A DNA stretch of 64,000 nucleotides from Desulfobacula sp. Lineage in GTDB: Bacteria > Desulfobacterota > Desulfobacteria > Desulfobacterales > Desulfobacteraceae. Positions within the stretch are counted from its first letter, which is position 1, and each line of letters opens with the position of its first letter. This document shows positions 9,065 through 17,395 of this stretch, one piece after another. The DNA lies in contig NZ_JABZFL010000015.1 of assembly GCF_014237455.1 (NCBI RefSeq), positions 4,403 through 68,402 on the forward strand, given 5' to 3'. A program made the translations under genes and the position numbers. The notes under the pieces were generated by a model that was not told the origin of the DNA, ran no database searches, and saw only the letters and a program-made list of their open reading frames with translations.

Positions 9065-10671
9065 TTTTTAACAAGTTCAAGGCCGAATAAGCCGCAATGT
9101 ATCATTTCCTTTAAAGAGGACTGAACAAGTGCCTGGCCCCATAACAAGGATTGTTCCCCTTTCCATCGTTCATTTAAAAAATATTTCAGATCGTTTATAC
9201 CGGTTTGATCCATAATTTCCCCCCTGGCATAGAGATGTGACAGTATCCGCATGCTGCAAAAAGCCCCCTGGCAGGGCCCCTTTCCAATCCTGGTTCTAAG
9301 GGCAATGGATGAAAGGTCAGGTTTTCCACCATTTTTTTTAATTGAATCAATCACTGTATTTATCGCACTGGCCGGAACCATTTCACATTCGCAGAGAAAA
9401 GGGTCTTCCAGCGTATCGGGTTTGAACGGATCATTGACCAGAACCCCCGGTTCCGACCATTCTCCGCTATGGGTGGATGGCAATGGGATCATTTTTGTCC
9501 GGCATTCCACTGAAACTTGATGTTTTTTACAGACAATATCAGATGTCTTTTCTGCCATTAACCGGTATGTAGACAGTTTGCCCCCTGTAATTGTGATAAG
9601 ATTATTCACCTGGTCTTTTTCATGATCCAGCAGGGTAAATCCTCGGCTCACATCTCTGTCATTGTCTTTTCCCATGCTGACCAGGGGTCTTACACCTGCA
9701 TATGCCCGGATATACCGGCAGGTTTTCAGTTCAGGTATCATTTTTTCACCCTCACTGATAATATAATCCACTTCTTTGACCGTGGGATAGATGTTGTCCG
9801 GGGACTTGATTCTTACGGAAGTGGTTCCAAGGATTGAAACAACGCCGCCCGGAACCAGAATATCTCCATCAGTGGGTTTTCTCAGGCGGTTAATCGCTCT
9901 TTTTGTGATTCGTTTACTTGTGACCAGAAGACTTCCCTTGGAAAAAACCATATTGATGTGAATCCCGGCCATGGCAGCAATGCTTCCGGCCCACGCTCCG
10001 GTTGCATTGACATAGGTTTTTGCTTTTATTTTATGGGTTTTGCCGCTGATTTGATTTCGAACCCGGGCATAAACGATGGCCTTGTTTTCAATCTTGAACG
10101 CTTCAATCCGGGTGTGGCTGAGGTAGCAGGCCCCTCTGGAAACGGCATCGTTTATATTTTCAATGGACAGTTTAAACGGGTTAATGGAAGCATCATTCAC
10201 TTTATACACAGCGATTGTTTCATCCGACAATGACGGTTCCATTTCCCGGGCTTCTTTCGGATCTATCTTTTCAGATGGAATTCCGTATTTTTTACACATA
10301 TCAGGAAAATCAGCAATGTAATTTTCTTTATCTCCCTTAACAGCAACAAACAGTCCCCCGGTTTCCTCGATGCAATGGCCGACATTTTTTTTTAATATTT
10401 CCGATTCAGTACTGCACTCAACCGCTGCCTCGGGGTCAGAACAGACATATCTGGCACCACTGTGCAAAAGGCCGTGATTCCCACCGGATGCACCGGCATT
10501 CAGGTCGCTTTTTTCAATCAGAATCACGTTGAGCCCTCTAAGTGTCAGGTCTCTGGCAATCCCGGTGCCTGTCACGCCCCCGCCTATGATTAATACATCT
10601 GTTTCCACAATATCGTCTCCAGTTGCAACCAGAAAGGGTGTTTTTACTGGATGTTGGTTTTTAAAATTCAA
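9061..10671 (-). CDS. glpA: Anaerobic glycerol-3-phosphate dehydrogenase subunit A
   Basis: 'IIGGGVTGTGIARD', 'GASGGNHGLLHSGARY', 'ITGGKLSTYRLMAE', C-terminal BFD-like CECE...RIGKGPCQG..C. Start codon uncertain (TTG). Confidence 0.93.
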   Translation of the reverse strand: MNFKNQHPVKTPFLVATGDDIVETDVLIIGGGVTGTGIARDLTLRGLNVILIEKSDLNAGASGGNHGLLHSGARYVCSDPEAAVECSTESEILKKNVGHCIEETGGLFVAVKGDKENYIADFPDMCKKYGIPSEKIDPKEAREMEPSLSDETIAVYKVNDASINPFKLSIENINDAVSRGACYLSHTRIEAFKIENKAIVYARVRNQISGKTHKIKAKTYVNATGAWAGSIAAMAGIHINMVFSKGSLLVTSKRITKRAINRLRKPTDGDILVPGGVVSILGTTSVRIKSPDNIYPTVKEVDYIISEGEKMIPELKTCRYIRAYAGVRPLVSMGKDNDRDVSRGFTLLDHEKDQVNNLITITGGKLSTYRLMAEKTSDIVCKKHQVSVECRTKMIPLPSTHSGEWSEPGVLVNDPFKPDTLEDPFLCECEMVPASAINTVIDSIKKNGGKPDLSSIALRTRIGKGPCQGAFCSMRILSHLYARGEIMDQTGINDLKYFLNERWKGEQSLLWGQALVQSSLKEMIHCGLFGLELVKK

Positions 10672-10700
10672 GCCCGAAGTCCTGAATTAATATGTTCCTT

Positions 10701-10751
10701 TTTTATTGTTTTTATATATTTTTTATTGTTTTTTTACAAGTTTTATTGTTT
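10701..10751. promoter_or_regulatory. Three direct repeats TTTTATTGTTT at exact 20-bp period in the glpA/DeoR divergent promoter (candidate operator)
   Basis: Copies start at 10701, 10721 and 10741. Confidence 0.5.
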
Positions 10752-10828
10752 ATTTTTTTGATGAATTGATCTGACTTTCTAATCCTGCTATAAAATATTC
10801 ATTATTTTTAATTCGGAGGTAAAAAAAG

Positions 10829-11602
10829 ATGGCCCAGACTTTAATACCGGTTGACAGGCAGGCGCGGATCCAGAAATTGATTGAAGAAAAAGGGATTGTA
10901 AGGGTTTCCGAGTTAAGCAAATTGTTTGGTGTGACGGAACTGACCATCCGTCGGGATTTTGATGTGTTGGAAAAAAGGGGGGTGCTGGAACGAACCCATG
11001 GGGGGGCTATTTTGCGCCGCCGTTTAAAAGTCGAACCCCTTTATGTGGAAAAAAACCAGAAACACCGGACACAGAAAGAAAAAATAGGCATTGCCGTCGC
11101 CAAGATCATTGAGCCCGGCGATACACTTCTTATCAACACCGGTTCTACTAACACACAGGTTTTAAGACATTTGTCAGGGAAAAATCTTCGTGTCATTACC
11201 AGTAATGCAAATGCCCTTACGGAAATTGAGAATCCTGAAATTGAGGTGGTTTTAACCGGTGGACTGTTCCGCAGGCAATCAAACTCTTTGATTGGAAATT
11301 TTACCCATACCCTGCTTAAAAATGTCTGCGGCAGCAAGGCCATTATCGGTGTTGACGGGGTCAGCATAAGATTCGGCTTGACAACCCCTATTCAGGAAGA
11401 AGCCGCAGTGGCTCGCCTGATGATTGATCAGACGCTGGGTCCGGTTATTGTAGTTGCCGACAGCAGCAAGATGGGCGTGGTATCAAATTTTGTGACAGCG
11501 TCCATAGATAAGGTCAATATCCTGGTTACTGATGCAGGAATCAAGACAGGCGTTAAAAAAGAACTGGAGGAAATGGGTATAACCGTTATTATTGCAAAAT
11601 AA
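10829..11602 (+). CDS. DeoR/GlpR family transcriptional regulator
   Basis: HTH 'VSELSKLFGVTELTIRRDF', 'RTHGGA', sugar-phosphate sensor domain 'INTGSTN...VITSN...LTGG'. Confidence 0.93.
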   Translation: MAQTLIPVDRQARIQKLIEEKGIVRVSELSKLFGVTELTIRRDFDVLEKRGVLERTHGGAILRRRLKVEPLYVEKNQKHRTQKEKIGIAVAKIIEPGDTLLINTGSTNTQVLRHLSGKNLRVITSNANALTEIENPEIEVVLTGGLFRRQSNSLIGNFTHTLLKNVCGSKAIIGVDGVSIRFGLTTPIQEEAAVARLMIDQTLGPVIVVADSSKMGVVSNFVTASIDKVNILVTDAGIKTGVKKELEEMGITVIIAK

Positions 11603-11659
11603 AGAGCAGACTTCCTATTGTTTTCTAACTTGAAATATTCCTTAATCTTCAGGTGCGAA

Positions 11660-12757
11660 TCAGTAAATCACCTGGGTGGTTTTGGCATCAAACAAATGCA
11701 TTTCATTGAGGTTCATGCCCAGATTAATTTCTTCATTTGTCCTGACAATCTTCCTCCCTTCACTTCTTGATAAAACTTTAATACCCATAATATCCACATG
11801 AAGCTGGGTTTCATTTCCCAATGGTTCAACAACCATGACATTGGCGCTAAATATCCAGTCTTCAGGAAGCTGTGTATGGCTATTTATGGGTGTGATCTCC
11901 TCTGCCCGAAGTCCGAAGACAACTTTTTGATCATGAACCAGCTGGATTCCTTCTTTATCTGGAACAGGAATCTTGAGCCCATCTTCAAACTGGACAAAGG
12001 TTTGATTCTTGTCTTTATTGATTTTGCAGTCAACAAGATTCATGGGAGGGGTGCCGATAAATCCTGCGACAAATGTATTTGCAGGGTTTGAAAAAAGTTC
12101 AATGGGGGTGCCGACCTGTTCAATGTACCCATCCCTGAGGACAACGATCCGATCAGCCAGGGTCATGGCTTCCACCTGGTCATGGGTCACATAAATCATA
12201 GTGGAGTTAACCCTCTGGTGCAGCATTTTTATTTCCGCTCTCATCTGGATACGAAGCTTGGCATCCAGGTTTGACAAGGGTTCATCAAAAAGAAAAATGG
12301 AAGGTTTTCTGACCATGGCCCGACCCATGGCCACCCGTTGCCGCTGGCCACCGGAAAGTTCATGGGGTTTTCTAAACAGCAGGTCTTCAAGACCCAGAAT
12401 AAGCCCAACTTCCTCAACTCTTTGCTTGATCTCTTTTTTGGGCGTTTTCATCAATGTTAACCCAAAGGACATATTATCAAACACATTCATATGGGGATAA
12501 AGCGCGTAATTCTGAAACACCATGGCAAGGCCCCGGTCCTTTGGCGCAATATCATTGACTATTTTATCATCAATGGAAATCGTGCCATTGGTTATCTCCT
12601 CCAACCCTGCGACCATTCTAAGCAAGGTTGATTTACCGCACCCTGAAGGTCCGACAAGAACAATGAATTCTTTGTCCTTTATATCAAGGTTTAACTCATG
12701 GATTACCTCTATTTTACCATATTTTTTAATGACATCTTTGAATTTTAGCTCAGCCAT
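11660..12757 (-). CDS. ugpC: sn-glycerol-3-phosphate ABC transporter ATP-binding protein
   Basis: Walker [31 protein letters not shown], '[11 protein letters not shown]', TOBE tail; divergent from ugpBAE. Confidence 0.9.
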   Translation of the reverse strand: MAELKFKDVIKKYGKIEVIHELNLDIKDKEFIVLVGPSGCGKSTLLRMVAGLEEITNGTISIDDKIVNDIAPKDRGLAMVFQNYALYPHMNVFDNMSFGLTLMKTPKKEIKQRVEEVGLILGLEDLLFRKPHELSGGQRQRVAMGRAMVRKPSIFLFDEPLSNLDAKLRIQMRAEIKMLHQRVNSTMIYVTHDQVEAMTLADRIVVLRDGYIEQVGTPIELFSNPANTFVAGFIGTPPMNLVDCKINKDKNQTFVQFEDGLKIPVPDKEGIQLVHDQKVVFGLRAEEITPINSHTQLPEDWIFSANVMVVEPLGNETQLHVDIMGIKVLSRSEGRKIVRTNEEINLGMNLNEMHLFDAKTTQVIY

Positions 12758-12986
12758 TTACTATCCTGATTCTTATATTTTATTAAATTTCTGCCATTTC
12801 CATTAGTGATCATAAAACTACAAAAAATATCATTATGCAAATCTTTTTTTAAAAATCACTTTAATCTTGACTCTCTGCCAATATTCTAATAATTTTAACG
12901 CAATGCAATAAAAATAAACAGATTTTTTTATTGGCAGGTTCGACAAAATGAAAAATTCAACATAATCAGGTAAGGAGGAAAGTAAG

Positions 12987-14315
12987 ATGAAATTATCGAA
13001 ATTGTTTGTATTTTTAGTTGTTGCAGTTTGTATTGCCTTCCCGGTTTCCGTTTTTGCCAAACCCGTTACCATTAACTGGTGGCATGCCATGAGAAGTGCA
13101 AGGGGTGAAGTGGTCAAGAACATGATCAATGAATTCAACGCATCTCAGTCAGAGTATGAAGTTGTCGGAACCAACAAAGGCAACTATGATGAAACAATGA
13201 ATGCCGGCGTTGCAGCCTTCAGGGCTAAAAAACAGCCCCATCTCCTCCAGGTTTTTGAAGTGGGAACCCAGACCATGATGCTTTCAGGAGCTATCTATCC
13301 GGTGTTTGAACTCATGAAGGATGCAGGCATTGATGTGGACTGGTCAAGATATCTTCAGGCGGTTCTTTCCTATTATATGAATGCCGACGGAAATCTCATG
13401 TCCATGCCGTTTAACTCTTCCACACCCATTATGTATTACAATGCAGATATGTTTAAAAAAGCAGGTATTGCGCCTTTATCAAAATCTGAACCCATTACCT
13501 GGGATGAACTGGGAGACATTACAAAAAAACTTGTCAGTACCGGAATTGCTTCGGCAGGTATGGTTACAGCTTGGCAGTCCTGGACCCAGATTGAAAATTA
13601 CAGCGCCATTCACAATGTTGCGTTTGCCAGCAAATCCAACGGATATGAGGGGCTTGACTGCCAGCTTGAAATTAATAATCCCCTGGTAGTAAAACATATC
13701 ACAAGACTTAAATCATGGGCAGATGACAAACGCTTCATGTATGGCGGACAAAAATACCAGGGCCCTAAATCAGAATTTATGGCTCAGAACGTGGCCATTT
13801 ATATTGATTCCATCAGCGGGATTGCAAAATTAAAAAAAGGAGTCAAGGATTTTAAATGGGATGCAGCACCTCTTCCAGTGGAAGCAGGCACAGCAAAACT
13901 CCAGAACTCTATCATTGGCGGGGCATCTCTATGGGTACTCAATGGTCACTCAAAAAAAGAATATAAGGGGGTTGCAGCTTTCTTAAAATTTCTGGCCGGA
14001 AATGAGATGCAGGAATACTGGCACAAGGAAACAGGATATTTCCCCATTACTATTGATGCCTATGAATCTTTGAAATCCAAAGGGTATTATAATACTGATC
14101 CCCTCCAGGAAGTGGGTATCAATCAGCTCAACCGGGCTATTCCCACTAAAATATCAAGAGGATTGAGGCTGGGCTATTTTGTTCAGATCAGAAACATTAT
14201 CAATGAAGAATTAGAGCTTGTCTGGAATGGGAAAAAATCTCCCAAGGAAGCTTTGGACAATGCAGCTGCAAGAAGTAATATCCAGTTGAGAACCTTTGAA
14301 AAAACCTATAAATAA
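12987..14315 (+). CDS. ugpB: sn-glycerol-3-phosphate ABC transporter substrate-binding protein
   Basis: Signal peptide, 'WWHAM', 'KGNYDET', 'QVFEVGTQTMM', 'SMPFNSSTPIMYYN', 'IIGGASLWV'. Confidence 0.92.
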   Translation: MKLSKLFVFLVVAVCIAFPVSVFAKPVTINWWHAMRSARGEVVKNMINEFNASQSEYEVVGTNKGNYDETMNAGVAAFRAKKQPHLLQVFEVGTQTMMLSGAIYPVFELMKDAGIDVDWSRYLQAVLSYYMNADGNLMSMPFNSSTPIMYYNADMFKKAGIAPLSKSEPITWDELGDITKKLVSTGIASAGMVTAWQSWTQIENYSAIHNVAFASKSNGYEGLDCQLEINNPLVVKHITRLKSWADDKRFMYGGQKYQGPKSEFMAQNVAIYIDSISGIAKLKKGVKDFKWDAAPLPVEAGTAKLQNSIIGGASLWVLNGHSKKEYKGVAAFLKFLAGNEMQEYWHKETGYFPITIDAYESLKSKGYYNTDPLQEVGINQLNRAIPTKISRGLRLGYFVQIRNIINEELELVWNGKKSPKEALDNAAARSNIQLRTFEKTYK

Positions 14316-14383
14316 GATGTACAAGGAGTCAGATAAATAGACTTGATATTTATCTGACTCCTTTTTTTGCCCTTGATAAAACC

Positions 14384-15274
14384 ATGATAAAACGCTCATT
14401 CTTCAAATCAAGATATTTGCCCTATCTGTTGATTTTTCCACAGATACTTGTCACCCTGACTTTTTTCTATTGGCCGGCTATCCAGGGGCTTTCCCAGTCT
14501 TTTCTTTTAAGTGATCCCTTTGGAAGACACTCTAAATTTGTATGGTTTTATAATTATATTGAACTTTTTACAGATCCCCTATATCTGAAATCGATTTTCA
14601 CCACTTTTTTTTTCAGCCTTGCTGTTGCCGCTGTTTCCTTATCCCTGGGACTTTTTATTGCCTCCATGGCCAATAGAGCACTGAAAGCAAAGGCATTGAC
14701 CAGAACCCTTCTTATCTGGCCCTATGCGGTAGCACCGGCAATCTCTGGGATTATGTGGCTTTTTCTGCTCCATCCTTCCTATGGCATTGTTGCCCTGGGC
14801 ATCAAAAAATGGCTGGGGGTTGACTGGAACCCGGTTCTCTATGGAAGCGATGCCATGGTAATGATTGTCATGGCCAGTGCCTGGAAGCAAGTCAGCTACA
14901 ACTTCGTGTTTTTTATGGCAGGTTTGCAGGCCGTACCCAAATCCCTGACTGAGGCCGCAGCCATTGATGGCGCAAGTCCCTTCAAAAGATTCTGGTATAT
15001 CACCTTTCCTTTGTTATCACCGACTTTTTTCTTTTTAACTGTGATGAATATTATTTATTCTTTTTTTGAAACATTTGGAATTATTCATACAGTGACCCAG
15101 GGGGGCCCTGGCGGTTCTACAAATATTCTGGTTTACAAGGTGTACCAGGATGGATTTGTGGGATTGAACTTAGGATCTTCCTCCGCCCAGTCGGTTGTGC
15201 TCATGTCTCTTATCATTGTTATTACTTTTCTTCAGTTCAGATTTCTCGAGAAAAAGGTACAGTATGGTGGATAA
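14384..15274 (+). CDS. ugpA: G3P ABC transporter permease
   Basis: EAA motif 'EAAAIDGASPFKRF', 'WKQVSYNFVFFMAGLQ', 'SSAQSVVLM'. Confidence 0.9.
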   Translation: MIKRSFFKSRYLPYLLIFPQILVTLTFFYWPAIQGLSQSFLLSDPFGRHSKFVWFYNYIELFTDPLYLKSIFTTFFFSLAVAAVSLSLGLFIASMANRALKAKALTRTLLIWPYAVAPAISGIMWLFLLHPSYGIVALGIKKWLGVDWNPVLYGSDAMVMIVMASAWKQVSYNFVFFMAGLQAVPKSLTEAAAIDGASPFKRFWYITFPLLSPTFFFLTVMNIIYSFFETFGIIHTVTQGGPGGSTNILVYKVYQDGFVGLNLGSSSAQSVVLMSLIIVITFLQFRFLEKKVQYGG

Positions 15275-15279
15275 ATATT

Positions 15280-16200
15280 ATGGTTGAAAAAACCCCGATA
15301 CTTGATTTTTTTACCTATGCATTTTTAATACTGGGAATATTTATAGTAGGATTTCCAATACTTTACAGCTTGATTGCGGCTACCCTGCCCCTGGAAGATG
15401 TAGTTAAAGTGCCCATGCCGCTTATCCCCGGGGATCAGTTTATTGTCAATATGAAAGAAGCCTGGTCAAGGGGAGATCTTGGAACCCAGATCTTAAATTC
15501 CGTTATTATGGCATCGGGTATAACCATTGGCAAAATTACCGTGTCCATGATCGGCGCTTTTTCAATTGTTTATTTTGATTACAAATTCAGGGTTTTGGCT
15601 TTTGCATCGGTTTTCTGTACTTTGATGCTGCCTGTGGAAGTCAGGATTCTTCCCACCTATGAAATGGCTGCCAATCTTCTGAATCCAATCCAGGCCCTGT
15701 GCGATTTTCTGCACCTGGATGGACTTTTGTCATGGTTTACTGGTAATGACATAACGATTGACCTCAATTGGAGTCTGCTTGACAGTCATACCGGACTCAT
15801 CTTACCCCTGGTGGCATCGGCAACCTGTACTTTTTTGTTCAGGCAGTTTTTCCTGACCGTTCCGGAAGAACTATGCGAGGCAGCAAAAATGGACGGGGCT
15901 TCTCCCATGACCTTTTTCAGGAAAATCCTTTTTCCCCTGTCCAAAACTAATATTGCCGCCCTTGTGGTCATTGAATTTGTATATGGGTATAATCAATACC
16001 TCTGGCCCCTGCTTGTTACGACCAACCCAAAAATGACAACGGCTGTCATCGGCCTTCAGAATCTTATACCCCAGGCAGATGATCTGCCCGAGTGGAATCT
16101 CGCCCTTGGCGCTGCCGTCCTTGTTATGCTGCCCCCTGTTCTGGTTGTACTGTTCATGCAAAGATGGTTTGTAAAAGGCCTGATTGAGAAAGAAAAATAG
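15280..16200 (+). CDS. ugpE: G3P ABC transporter permease
   Basis: 'TLMLPVEVRILPTY', 'FLFRQFFLTVPEELCEAAKMDGA', 'NQYLWPLL'. Confidence 0.9.
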   Translation: MVEKTPILDFFTYAFLILGIFIVGFPILYSLIAATLPLEDVVKVPMPLIPGDQFIVNMKEAWSRGDLGTQILNSVIMASGITIGKITVSMIGAFSIVYFDYKFRVLAFASVFCTLMLPVEVRILPTYEMAANLLNPIQALCDFLHLDGLLSWFTGNDITIDLNWSLLDSHTGLILPLVASATCTFLFRQFFLTVPEELCEAAKMDGASPMTFFRKILFPLSKTNIAALVVIEFVYGYNQYLWPLLVTTNPKMTTAVIGLQNLIPQADDLPEWNLALGAAVLVMLPPVLVVLFMQRWFVKGLIEKEK

Positions 16201-16244
16201 CATAGTTCAGACATTTGCCGCTATCTTTTCCGGAAAATAAAATA

Positions 16245-17036
16245 ATGATGAAATCAATAAAAGACTTTCCACAGGGAAAAAGATCTGCCATCACGTATCT
16301 GCTTACAGATATTGATGATACCATAACCCATAAAGGCAGAATACCGGCCTGTGCTTTTAAGGCCATGGAAGATCTTGACAAGGCCGGTATAAAGGTGATT
16401 CCCATCACGGGCAGACCTGGGGGATGGTGCGATCATATCGCCAGAATGTGGCCCGTTAAAGGTGTTGTCGGTGAAAACGGCGCATTTTATTTTGTTTATG
16501 ATATCCACACAAAAAAGATGATACGCAGATATTTCAAAACAGATCAGGAACGAGAACAGGATCAAATAAAACTGCTTGCTGTAAAACAAAGAATCCTGCG
16601 CTCAATTCCAGGCTGTGTGATCTCGGCTGATCAACCATACAGGGAGGCTGATCTTGCCATTGATTTTGCTGAAGATGTCCCTCCTCTTTCCCAAACTGAC
16701 ATTGACAGGATTGTTGACATGTTTGAACAATGCGGCGCAACCGCAAAAGTCAGTTCTATCCATGTGAACGGCTGGTTTGGTAGCTATGACAAGCTTTCCA
16801 TGACCAAAATAATGTTCAGGGAAGTATTTAAAACAGATCTGGACGTAATAAAGGAAAAGGTTGTCTTTGTCGGGGATTCTCCCAATGATGAACCCATGTT
16901 TGAATATTTCCCCAACTCAGTTGGTGTTGCCAATGTGCTTGAATTTTTTGACAGGCTTGCATTTAAACCTGCCTGGATAACAAAAGGAAAAGGAGGGATC
17001 GGATTTGCACAGCTGGCCAAAATTCTTGTCCCGTGA
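16245..17036 (+). CDS. HAD-IIB family hydrolase
   Basis: Motif I 'TDIDDT', 'ITGR', 'GENGA', 'FVGDSPNDEPMF'. Start placed at ATG 16245. Confidence 0.85.
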   Translation: MMKSIKDFPQGKRSAITYLLTDIDDTITHKGRIPACAFKAMEDLDKAGIKVIPITGRPGGWCDHIARMWPVKGVVGENGAFYFVYDIHTKKMIRRYFKTDQEREQDQIKLLAVKQRILRSIPGCVISADQPYREADLAIDFAEDVPPLSQTDIDRIVDMFEQCGATAKVSSIHVNGWFGSYDKLSMTKIMFREVFKTDLDVIKEKVVFVGDSPNDEPMFEYFPNSVGVANVLEFFDRLAFKPAWITKGKGGIGFAQLAKILVP

Positions 17037-17271
17037 AGATAATTTTCAGGTGTCCTGTTGATTTTTTTGTTTTGATATCATGTATCAACTTGGACATTTT
17101 TTTTCTTAGCTGCCATGAATCAGATGGAGGAAATTGAACCCGGGCCCATACTCATACTTCAAAGAAACAAACATCTGTTCGTCCTTTGTTTTTTTAACAC
17201 CCATCACAAAATTATGAAAAATACTTGAAAAATAAAATTTATCATAATATGTATACTTGAATTTAATAAAT

Positions 17272-17288
17272 TTAGACACGAAGTCTAA
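17272..17288. promoter_or_regulatory. Palindrome TTAGAC-N5-GTCTAA upstream of the TonB receptor (candidate metal-regulator operator)
   Basis: Perfect 6-bp inverted repeat in an AT-rich intergenic region. Confidence 0.35.
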
Positions 17289-17319
17289 TTGCAATTAATA
17301 TAAAATTTATTTAAAAACT

Positions 17320-17371
17320 AAACCGCAACAACAATAGTATTAAGAAAATACTAATGTGGGAGCGGTTTTTT
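17320..17371 (+). terminator. Long leader hairpin with U-tract just upstream of the TonB receptor RBS (possible attenuator)
   Basis: AAACCGC...AGTATT-aagaa-AATACT...GCGGTTT followed by a T run, about 25 nt before the ATG. Confidence 0.5.
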
Positions 17372-17395
17372 TGTTTATGACCTTGGAGGGTTACA

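Noticed and set aside
17037-17395. Cobalamin riboswitch upstream of the TonB receptor
   Set aside because: No B12-box/GGGAA...GCCCCCGC.ACTGT core could be found by eye; only a terminator-like hairpin is supported.
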